Source of the DNA: Octopus sinensis
Taxonomy: Eukaryota
Direction of reading: 5' to 3'
Assembly: GCF_006345805.1 (NCBI RefSeq)
Contig: NC_043020.1
Coordinates: forward strand, 12,772,001-12,836,000
Length of the DNA: 64,000 nt
In this document: piece after piece, positions 24,775 through 36,700 of the stretch
Layout of the letters: the number at the start of each line of letters is the position of its first letter
Numbering within the stretch: position 1 is the stretch's first letter
Notes under the pieces: model-generated
Seen by the model: only the letters and a program-made list of their open reading frames with translations
The model's database searches: none
Told to the model about the DNA's origin: nothing
Position numbers and translations under genes: made by a program

Positions 24775-27700
24775 ATAATAATAATAATTTGAGGGAATAT
24801 AAATCCAAACTTACAGGGAAAAAAATTCAATTTAGAAATACTAAATTTTCTGGATGGTGTAATTTAATTGTTCATTTTGAATTGATAAAAGGTGTTTTTT
24901 TTCTAATTTCATATATCTTCTCTCTATATATAAACGCCAGTTTGTCTGTGTGTGTTTCTGTGTGTCTGTTAGGTTGTACCCTCACCCTGACCACGGCTTT
25001 CAACCGATTCTGATGAAACTTGACACACACATAGCCCAATGTCATAATTCAAAACTAACGCAGCGAAAATTTTGAAAAGTTCCCCCAGTTCTGAAAAAAA
25101 TCGATAAATTCGACATGGGGTCGAGAATCAGAAACACAAACCACAGACTGTCTAGGGGACGCAACTCGACCTTTTTAACTAAAAAAAAAATTTACCATCA
25201 TTTTTTCCCATTTTTTGGCTATAACTCTCTAAAAATGCTTTATAGTTATTTCCCTTACAAACCCGAGCAACGCCGGGCGATACTGCTAGTATATATATAT
25301 ATATATATATATATACATACATATACACACACACACACACATAAGGTGTGTGTGGTGTTGATATACTGTATTATAAGATACATTTGAAACATGTGTTAAT
25401 TAATTGCTTGTGTTTGTTGTAATGTTGCAGAAAGTTGATTCCGTTGAAGACTCAAAGGTTTTTGTTTGCAGTGGGATACTGAAAAACAACAAAGGCACTG
25501 TAAGTTGTTGATGATTTTTCCAAAACTTTAACCTATCAGCAGTTTATTTTACTAAAGCAGGCTGTAACTCCAAACTGGGGCTAAGGGTGTGAGCCCCCAG
25601 GCTGGAGCTAAGGTTCTGGCTCTGGGCTGGGGCTAAGGGTGTGGGCCCCAGGCTGGAGCTAAGGTTCTGGCACTGGGCTGGGGCTAAGGTTCTGGCTCTG
25701 GGCTGGGGCTAAGGGTGTGGGCCCCAGGCTGAAGCTAAGGGTGTGGGCCCCAGGCTGAAGCTAAGGGTGTCAGCCCCCAGGCTGGAGCTAAGGTTCTGGC
25801 TCTGGGCTGGGGCTAAGGGTGTGGGCCCCAGGCTGGAGCTAAGGTTCTGGCTCTGGGATGGGGCTAAGGGTGTGGGCCCCAGGCTGGAGCTAAGGTTCTG
25901 GCACTGGGCTGGGGCTAAGGTTCTGGCTCTGGGCTGGGGCTAAGGGTGTGGGCCCCAGGCTGAAGCTAAGGGTGTGAGCCCCAGGCTGGAGCTAAGGTTC
26001 TGGCTCTGGGCTGGGGCTAAGGGTGTGGGCCCCAGGCTGGAGCTAAGGTTCTGGTTCTGGGATGGGGCTAAGGGTCTGGCCCCAGGCTGAGGTAAGATCA
26101 TATGGCGTCACAAATACCTTGCTTTTATAGGGTATTTTCCTTTTCCTTTATTTTTTGCCATTCAAATCTTTATGATTCTGTCAATCAAGACAGATATTTC
26201 AATCATTCCTAAAGATTAAAGAAATGAAGTGAGTTCCTGGCTCATAGCACAGCCTGCTGTGCTAACCTTGGATCGTAGGGTGACCCGCTGTTCTTGAGGA
26301 GACCTATTGAGTCAAGTACATCAACATCAAAATAAAAATCAAATGGAAATTGTAGTTAAGATACCTGTGCCGGTGGCACGTAAAAAGCACCATCCAAACG
26401 TGGTTGATGCCATGTCACCTGACTGGCGTCCGTGTCGGTGACACTTAAGAAGCACCGACCGATTGTGGCCATTTGCCAGCCTCCTCTGGCCCCTGTGCCG
26501 GTGGCACGTAAAAAGCACCATCCAAACGTGGTTGATGCCATGCCACCTGACTGGCGTCCGTGTCGGTGACACTTAAGAAGCACCAACCGATTGTGGCCGT
26601 TTGCCAGCCTCCTCTGGCCCCTGTGCCGTTGGCACGTAAAAAGCACCATCCAAACGTGGTTGATGCCATGCCACCTGACTGGCGTCCGTGTCGGTGACAC
26701 TTAAGAAGCACCAACCGATTGTGGCCGTTTGCCAGCCTCCTCTGGCCCCTGTGCCGTTGGCACGTAAAAAGCACCATCCAAACGTGGTTGATGCCATGCC
26801 ACCTGACTGGCGTCCGTGTCGGTGACACTTAAGAAGCACCAACCGATTGTGGCCATGCCAGCCTCCTCTGGCCCCTGTGCCGGTGGCACGTAAAAAGCAC
26901 CATCCAAACGTGGTTGATGCCATGCCACCTGACTGGCGTCCGTGTCGGTGACACTTAAGAAGCACCAACCGATTGTGGCCGTTTGCCAGCCTCCTCTGGC
27001 CCCTGTGCCGGTGGCACGTAAAAAGCACCATCCAAACGTGGTTGATGCCATGCCACCTGACTGGCGTCCGTGTCGGTGACACTTAAGAAGCACCAACCGA
27101 TTGTGGCCATTTGCCAGCCTCCTCTGGCCCCTGTGCCGGTGGCACGTAAAAAGCACCATCCAAACGTGGTTGATGCCATGCCACCTGACTGGCGTCCGTG
27201 TCGGTGACACTTAAGAAGCACCGACCGATTGTGGCCATTTGCCAGCCTCCTCTGGCCCCTGTGCCGGTGGCACGTAAAAAGCACCATCCAAACGTGGTTG
27301 ATGCCATGCCACCTGACTGGCGTCCGTGTCGGTGACACTTAAGAAGCACCAACCGATTGTGGCCGTTTGCCAGCCTCCTCTGGCCCCTGTGCCGGTGGCA
27401 CGTAAAAAGCACCATCCAAACGTGGTTGATGCCATGCCACCTGACTGGCGTCCGTGTCGGTGACACTTAAGAAGCACCAACCGATTGTGGCCGTTTGCCA
27501 GCCTCCTCTGGCCCCTGTGCCGTTGGCACGTAAAAAGCACCATCCAAACGTGGTTGATGCCATGCCACCTGACTGGCGTCCGTGTCGGTGACACTTAAGA
27601 AGCACCAACCGATTGTGGCCGTTTGCCAGCCTCCTCTGGCCCCTGTGCCGGTGGCACGTAAAAAGCACCATCCAAACGTGGTTGATGCCATGCCACCTGA

Positions 27701-30700
27701 CTGGCGTCCGTGTCGGTGACACTTAAGATGCACCAACCGATTGTGGCCGTTTGCCAGCCTCCTCTGGCACCTGTGCCGTTGGCACGTAAAAAGCACCATC
27801 CAAACGTGGTTGATGCCATGCCACCTGACTGGCGTCCGTGTCGGTGACACTTAAGAAGCACCAACCGATTGTGGCCGTTTGCCAGCCTCCTCTGGCCCCT
27901 GTGCCGGTGGCACGTAAAAAGCACCATCCAAACGTGGTTGATGCCATGCCACCTGACTGGCGTCCGTGTCGGTGACACTTAAGAAGCACCAACCGATTGT
28001 GGCCGTTTGCCAGCCGCCTCTGGCCCCTGTGCTGGTGGCACGTAAAAAGCACCATCCAAACGTGGTTGATGCCATGCCACCTGACTGGCGTCCGTGTCGG
28101 TGACACTTAAGAAGCACCAACCGATTGTGGCCGTTTGCCAGCCTCCTCTGGCCCCTGTGCGGTGGCACGTAAAAAGCACCATCCAAACGTGGTTGATGCC
28201 ATGCCACCTGACTGGCGTCCGTGTCGGTGACACTTAAGAAGCACCAACCGATTGTGGCCGTTTGCCAGCCTCCTCTGGCCCCTGTGCCGGTGGCACGTAA
28301 AAAGCACCATCCAAACGTGGTTGATGCCATGCCACCTGACTGGCGTCCGTGTCGGTGACACTTAAGAAGCACCACCCGATTGTGGCCGTTTGCCAGCCTC
28401 CTCTGGCCCCTGTGCCGGTGGCACGTAAAAAGCACCATCCAAACGTGGTTGATGCCATGCCACCTGACTGGCGTCCGTGTCGGTGACACTTAAGAAGCTC
28501 CAACCGATTGTGGCCGTTTGCCAGCCTCCTCTGGCCCCTGTGCGGTGGCACGTAAAAAGCACCATCCAAACGTGGTTGATGCCATGCCACCTGACTGGCG
28601 TCCGTGTCGGTGACACTTAAGAAGCACCACCGATTGTGGCCGTTTGCCAGCCTCCTCTGGCCCCTGTGCCGTGGCACGTAAAAAGCACCATCCAAACGTG
28701 GTTGATGCCATGCCACCTGACTGGCGTCCGTGTCGGTGACACTTAAGAAGCACCAACCGATTGTGGCCGTTTGCCAGCCTCCTCTGGCCCCTGTGCCGGT
28801 GGCACGTAAAAAGCACCATCCAAACGTGGTTGATGCCATGCCACCTGACTGGCGTCCGTGTCGGTGACACTTAAGAAGCACCAACCGATTGTGGCCGTTT
28901 GCCAGCCTCCTCTGGCCCCCTGGCCGGTGGCACGTAAAAAGCACCATCCAAACGTGGTTGATGCCATGCCACCTGACTGGCGTCCGTGTCGGTGATACTT
29001 AAGAAGCACCAACCGATTGTGGCCATTTGCCAGCCCCTCTGGCCCCTGTGCCGGTGGCACGTAAAAAGCACCATCCAAACGTGGTTGATGCCATGCCACC
29101 TGACTGGCGTCCGTGTAGGTGACACTTAAGAAGCACCAACCGATTGTGGCCGTTTGCCAGCCTCCTCTGGCCCCTGTGCCGGTGGCACGTAAAAAGCACC
29201 ATCCAAACGTGGTTGATGCCATGTCACCTGACTGGCGTCCGTGTCGGTGACACTTAAGAAGCACCAACCGATTGTGGCCATTTGCCAGCCTCCTCTGGCC
29301 CCGTGCCGTTGGCACGTAAAAAGCCACCATCCGAACGTGGTTGATGCCATGCCACCTTACTGGCGTCCGTGTCGGTGACACTTAAGAAGCACCGACCGAT
29401 TGTGGCCATTTGCCAGCTTCCTCTCTGCCCCTGTGCCGGTGGCACGTAAAGAACACCATCCAAACGTGGTTGATTCCATGCCACCTGACTGGCGTCCGTG
29501 TCGGTGACACTTAGAAGCACCAACCGATTGTGGCCATTTGCAGCCTCCTCTGGCCCCTGTTCCGGTGGCACGTAAAAAGCACCATCCAAACGTGTTGATG
29601 CCATGCCACCTACTGGCGTCCGTGTCGGTGACACTTAAGAACACCAACCGATTGTGGGCATTGCCAGCCTCCTCTGGCCCGTGCCGGTGGCACGTAAAAA
29701 GCACCATCCAAACGTGGTTGATTGCATGCCACCTGACTGGCGTCCGTGTCGGTGACACTTAGAAGCACCGACCGATTGTGGCCATTTGCCAGCCTCCTCT
29801 GGCCCCTGTGCCGGTGGCACGTAAAAAGCACCATCCAAACGTGGTTGATGCCATGCCACCTGACTGGCGTCCGTGTCGGTTGACACTTAAGAAGCACCAC
29901 CGATTGTTGGCCATTTGCCAGCCTCCTCTGGCCCTGTGCCGGTGGCACGTAAAAAGCACCATCCAAACGTGGTTGATGCCATGCCACCTGACGGCGTCCG
30001 TGTCGGTGACACTTAAGAAGCACCAACCGATTGTGGCCATTTGCCAGCCTCCTCTGGCCCCTGTGCCGTTGGCACGTAAAAAGCACCATCCAAACGTGGT
30101 TGATGCCATGCCACCTGATGGCGTCCGTGTCGGTGACACTTAAGAAGCACCAACCGATTGTTGGCCGTTTGCCAGCCTCCTCTGGCCCCTGTGCCGGTGG
30201 CACGTAAAAAGCACCATCCAAACGTGGTTGATGCCATGCCACCTGACTGGCGTCCGTGTCGGTGACACTTAAGAAGCACCAACCGTTGGTGGCCATTTGC
30301 CACCTCCTCTGGCCCCTGTGCCGGTGGCACGTAAAAAGCACCATCCAAACGTGGTGATGCCATGCCACCTGACTGGCGTCCCGTGTGGTGACACTTAAGA
30401 AGCACCGACCGATTGTGGCCATTTGCCAGCCTCCTCTGGCCCCTGTGCCGGTGGCACGTAAAAAGCACCATCCAAACGTGGTTGATGCCATGCCACCTGA
30501 CTGGCGTCCGTGGTCGGACACTTAAGAAGCACCAACCGATTGTGGCCATTTGCCAGCCTCCTCTGCCCCTGTGCCGGTGGCACGTAAAAAGCACCATCCA
30601 ACGTGGTTGATGCCATGCCACCTGACTGGCGTCCGTGTCGGTGACACTTAAGAAGCACCGACCGATTGTGGCCATTTGCCAGCCTCCTCTGGCCCCTGTG

Positions 30701-33700
30701 CCGGTGGCACGTAAAAAGCACCATCCAAACGTGGTTGATAATGCCATAGCCACCTGACTGGCGTCCGTGTCGGTGACACTTAAGAAGCACCGACCGATTG
30801 TGGCCATTTGCCAGCCTCCTCTGGCCCCTGTGCCGTTGGCACGTAAAAGCAACCATCCAAACGTGGTTGATGCCATGCCACCTGACTGGCGCCGTGTCGG
30901 TGACACTTAAGAAGCACCGACCGATTGGTGGCCGTTTGCCAGCCCCCTCTGGCCCCTGTGCTGGTGGCATGTAAAAAGCACCATCCAAACGTGGTTGATG
31001 CCATGCCACCTGACTGGCGTCCGTGTCGGTGACACTTAAGAAGCACCAACCGATTGTGGCCGTTTGCCAGCCCTCTCTGGCCCCTGTGCCGGTGGCACGT
31101 AAAAAGCACCATCCAAACGTGGTTGATGCCATGCCACCTGACTGGCGTCCGTGTCGGTGACACTTAAGAAGCACCGACCGATTGTGGCCATTTGCCAGCC
31201 TCCTCTGGCCCCTGTGCCGGTGGCACGTAAAAAGCACCATCCAAACGTGGTTGATGCCATGCCACCTGACTGGCGTCCGTGTCGGTGACACTTAAGAAGC
31301 ACCAACCGATTGTGGCCGTTTGCCAGCCCCCTCTGGCCCCTGTGCTGGTGGCATGTAAAAAGCACCATCCAAACGTGGTTGATGCCATGCCACCTGACTG
31401 GCGTCCGTGTCGGTGACACTTAAGAAGCACCAACCGATTGTGGCCGTTTGCCAGCCCCCTCTGGCCCCTGTGCTGGTGGCATGTAAAAAGCACCATCCAA
31501 ACGTGGTTGATGCCATGTCACCTGACTGGCGTCCGTGTCGGTGACACTTAAGAAGCACCAACCGATTGTGGCCGTTTGCCAGCCCCCTCTGGCCCCTGTG
31601 CTGTGGCACGTAAAAAGCACCATCCAAACGTGGTTGATGCCATGCCACCTGACTGGCGTCCGTGTCGGTGACACTTAAGAAGCACCAACCGATTGTGGCC
31701 GTTGCCAGCCCCCTCTGGCCCCTGTGCTGGTGGCACGTAAAAAACCATCCAAACGTGGTTGATGCCATGTCACCTGACTGGCGTCCGTGTCGGTGACACT
31801 TAAGAAGCACCAACCGATTGTGGCCGTTTGCCAGCCCCCTCTGGCCCCTGTGCCGTTGGCACGTAAAAAGCACCATCCAAACGTGGTTGATGCCATGCCA
31901 CCTGACTGGCGTCCGTGTCGGTGACACTTAAGAAGCACCAACGATTGTGGCCGTTTGCCAGCCCCCTCTGGCCCCTGTGCTGGTGGCACGTAAAAAGCAC
32001 CATCCAAACGTGGTTGATGCCATGCCACCTGACTGGCGTCCGTGTCGGTGACACTTAAGAAGCACCAACCGATTGTGGCCGTTTGCCAGCCCCCTCTGGC
32101 CCCTGTGCTGGTGGCACGTAAAAAGCACCATCCAAACGTGGTTGATGCCATGCCACCTGACTGGCGTCCGTGTCGGTGACACTTAAGAAGCACCAACCGA
32201 TTGTGGCCGTTTGCCAGCCCCCTCTGGCCCCTGTGCTGGTGGCACGTAAAAAGCACCATCCAAACGTGGTTGATGCCATGCCACCTGACTGGCGTCCGTG
32301 TCGGTGACACTTAAGAAGCACCAACCGATTGTGGCCGTTTGCCAGCCCCCTCTGGCCCCTGTGCCGGTGGCACGTAAAAAGCACCATCCAAACGTGGTTG
32401 ATGCCATGCCACCTGACTGGCGTCCGTGTCGGTGACACTTAAGAAGCACCAACCGATTGTGGCCGTTTGCCAGCCGCCTCTGGCCCCTGTGCTGGTGGCA
32501 TGTAAAAAGCACCCACTACACTCAGGAGTGGTTGGCGTTAGGAAGGGCACCCAGCTGTAGAAACACTGCTAAATCAGATTGGAGCCTGGTACAGCCTCCT
32601 GGCTTCCCAGACCCCGGTCGAACTGTCCAACCCAGGCTACCATGGAAAACGGACATTAAATGATGATGATGATGATGTTCCCCATTAATTTGTTTTTTCA
32701 GTCTTTACCAAGTTCGTTAGTATCAGCTCTGAGGGAGAGAAAATAGTGTCTCTTGTATTTTTTTCTTTTATTCTTTTGCTTGTTTCAGTCATTTGACCAT
32801 GGCCATGCTGGAGCACTGCCTTTAATTGAGCTAATCAAACCCCAGGAGTTATTCTTTGTGATCCTAGTACTTATTCTATTGGTGCCTTTTGCCGAACCAC
32901 TGAGTTATGGAGATGTAAGCACACCAGCATCAGTTGTCTAGCGATGTTGTGGGGACAAACATAGATGCACACACATATACACACACTCATATATATGACG
33001 GGCTTCTTTCAGTTTCCCTCGACCAAATCCACTCACAAAGCTTTGGTCGGCCCAAGGCTATAGTAGAAGACACTTGCCCAAGGAGCCATGTGTGTTGGGA
33101 AGCTACTTACCACACAGCTACTCCTGTGCCTATATATATGAATATTATTTTTATCAAACTCCTTATTGAAGAGGAAAAGTTACGTTTACAGTTTAGAGTG
33201 GCTACTGCAATGTCTACTGTACTAAAATGTCAGTATTGTTAATATGTTATAGGCATAGGAGTGGTTTTGTGGTAAGTAGCTTGCTTACAAACCACATGGT
33301 TCTGGGTTCATTCCCACTGCGTGGCACCTTGGGCAAGTGTCTTCTACTATAGCCTCGGGCCGACCAAAGCCTTGTGAGTGAATTTGGTTGACGGAAACTG
33401 AAAGAAGCCCATCGTATTTATGTATAGATAGATGTATTTGTATGTATGTTTGTGTGTCAGTGTTTGTCCCCCCAACATCGCCTGACAACCGATGGTGGTG
33501 TGTTTATGTCCCCGTAACTTAGCGGTTCGGCAAAAGAGACCAATTGAATAAGTACTAGGCTTGCTTACAACGAATAAGTCCTGGGGTCGATTTGCTCGAC
33601 TAAAGGCAGTGCTCCAGCATGGCCGCAGTCAAATGACTGAAATAAGTGAAAGAGTATGAAGAAGGTGGCAAGCTGGCAGAATCATTAGCACATCAGGCAA

Positions 33701-36700
33701 AATGCTTCACAATCTCTGTGTTCTGGGTTCAGATTCCGCCACGTTTGATTTTTGCCTTTCATCCTTTTGGGGTTGATAAAATAAGTACCACTTGAGCACT
33801 GGAATCAATTTTATCGACCTATCCCTTCCACGAAATTTGTGGCCTTGTTGCTTAAATTTAATATTAATATGAAGGGGGCAGCAAGCTGGCAAAAATCATT
33901 AACATGTTGGGCAAAATGTTAAGCGGTATTTCATTTGTGTTTGCGGCGAGCTGGCAGAATCGTTAGCACGCCGGGTGAAATGCTTGGCGGTATTTCGTCT
34001 CCCATTACATTCTGAGTTCAAATTCCGCCGAGGTCGACTTTGCCTTTCATCCTTTCGGGGTCAATAAATTAAGCACCAGTTACGCACTGGGGTCGATGTA
34101 ATCGACTTAATCCATTTGTCTGTCCCCTCTCTGTTTAGCCCCCTGTGGGTAGTAAAGAAATAGGTATTTCGTCTGCCGTTACGTTCTGTGTTCAAATTCC
34201 GCTGAGGTCGACTTTGCCTTTCATCCTTTCGGGGTCGATAAATTAAGCACCAGTTACACACTGGGGTCGATGTAATCGACTTAATCCATTTGTCTGTCCT
34301 TGTTTGTCCCCTCTGTGTTTGGCCCCTTGTGGGTAGTAAAGAAATAGGTATTTCATTTGTGTTTGCGTTCTGAGTTCAAATACTGGCCAAGTTGATTTTT
34401 GCCTTTCATCCTTTCGGAGCCAATAAAATAAAATAAGTACAGTTGAATACTTATTTCTTTACTGCCCACAAGGGGCTACACACAGAGGGGACAAACAAGG
34501 ACAGACAAACGGATTAAGTCAATTATAAGCACCATCCAATCGTGGCCGTTTGCCAGCCTTATCTGGCACGTAAAAAGCACCCACTACACTCATGGAGTGG
34601 TTGGCGTTAGGAAGGGCATCCAGCCGTAGAAACATTGCCAGATCAGACTGGGCCTGGTGCAGCCTTCTGGCTTCCCAGACCCCAGTTGAACCGTCCAACC
34701 CATGCCAGCATGGAAAGCGGATGCTGAACGATGATGATATCGACCCCAGTGCGTGACTGGTACTTATTTAATCAACCCCGAAAGGATGAAAGGCAAAGTC
34801 GACCTCGGCGGAATTTGAACTCAGAACATAACGGCAGATGAAATATCGCTAAGCATTTTGCCCGGCGTGCTAACGTTTCTGCCAGCTCGCCGCCTTAGTA
34901 CAGTTGAATATTGGGGTCATTCTAATCAGCTTAATCCTTCCCCTGAAATTGCTGGCCTTGTGCCAAAATTTGAAACCAATCTTGATGATATGAATATCTT
35001 TCTCTTGTTGCAGAAACTCCATGTGTTTCTGTTGGACAAAGTTCTCCTTGTTACACGGCCAGTCACCAATAATAGCCAGCGTGGCTTTCAAGTATATCGT
35101 CAGCCAATTCCGGTCAGTACGTTGAATATAGAGGATTTGAAAGACAACGAAGTGCGGATGGGATCCTTCCGGAATGCTTTTGGGCAGGGAGGACAAACAG
35201 GTGATTATTCATTGTTTTGTGTTTTCCTTCATCTCATCTCATCTCATCTCTTGTGTGTGTGAAGTTGTAATTGTGGGAGTCATGTTTGGTATTCAAAAGA
35301 TTAAAAAGGCGGCGAGCTGGCAGAAACGTTAGCACGCCGGGCGAAATGCTTAGCGGTATTTCGTCTGCCGTTACGTTCTGAGTTCAAATTCCGCCGAGGT
35401 CGACTTTGCCTTTCATCCTTTCGGGGTCGATAAATTAAGTACCAGTTACGCACTGGGGTCGATGTAATCGACTTAATACCTATGTCTGTCCTTGTTTGTC
35501 CCCTCCGTGTTTAGCCCCTTGTGGGTAGTAAAGAAATAGGTATTTAAAAGATTTATCATGTTCAAAAGACTATTCCAACAAAGTACTAACCAAAATTTTA
35601 GTATTCACTAACCTAAAAGCTGCACTCTCTGCTGACTCTTATGCTGCCTCCTGTGGAGGGCTAATAGGGACTGTGGCCCAATTCTAAAGAGAGCAATAAT
35701 AATAATAAAGCATTTATTGATACTCTACCAATATGATATAACCCTGTTGCAATGTGACCCTACTTTAAATTCAGTTTGTCTTGTGTATCATTGTATAAAA
35801 ACCAGTATAACTGGAAAAAAACCATGGACTTATAATATAGAATGAGGATGAACTATAACCTTGGACCCTGCCATAAGAATATACAAAGTTTTTCTACTAA
35901 TCTTAACAATATTGGGATCTTTTCCTTTTGAACGGCAGTTTGTAACATAAATTCTAGGTAACTAAAAAGTTTTAAACTTCGTATACTGGTAGAATGTGTT
36001 TATAAAACATCATTTTTCTCTTGGTTTTATTGATAAAATTCTATAGTTTGTAAGATATTTCGTCTGAAAATCCGAGCATTTCGGCAATTTTAACCAATCG
36101 ATTACCTCCATTCAACTAAAATCATTTGCTGCGTCTAAAACTGAGACAACATCCTGTGACTAACCCTAAACCTCCCCCTAACCCTAACTTTTTTTTTTCT
36201 TAATTGTTAAATTAATTTAATTCAACATACTGACAATTAATTTAACAATTAAGAAAAAAAATATTTAGGGTTAGGGGGAGGTGTAGGGTTAGTTAGAGGA
36301 TGTTGTCTCAGTTTTAGATGCAGCAAATGATTTTAGCTCAAAAGAGAGTGTAGGATTGGTTAAAATTCGAAAAATTAAACTACGTTAAACAAACAAATTA
36401 CAATTTTCTCAAGAAAGCCAAGAGAAAAAAACGTTTTATTTTGACACATTCTACCAGTATACGAAGTTTTAAAGTGTTTAGTTAACTAGAAATTGTCTGA
36501 GGTTCAAAAGGAAAAGATCCCAATATTGTAAGCCTGGTGTACTAACAGAGAGTTTATAAAGTATTTTGCTCTGATTGATAATCCCTCTTAATATATCTAA
36601 CATATATTTAGATATCTTCATATGAGATTCATCTGTTTGGCTAACCGTTTCTTTATTTTCCTTCCTTTCTTTTAGCAAAGAATGTGTTTCGAGTCTCGTT

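Noticed and set aside
25577-32513. CRISPR-like look (constant box with intervening segments)
   Set aside because: Intervening segments are only two recurring types rather than unique spacers; eukaryotic intron; no cas genes.
26339-32550. Dozens of 84-303 aa minus-strand ORFs (MSPTRTPVRWHG...)
   Set aside because: The 128-bp unit has one TAA on that strand, so each frame stops once per three units (127 aa). Longer ORFs coincide with indel-rich units. No domain is recognisable.
36160-36295. CCCTAA/TTAGGG runs (also 46685-46705)
   Set aside because: Only 2-3 degenerate units internal to a MITE family; not an interstitial telomere.
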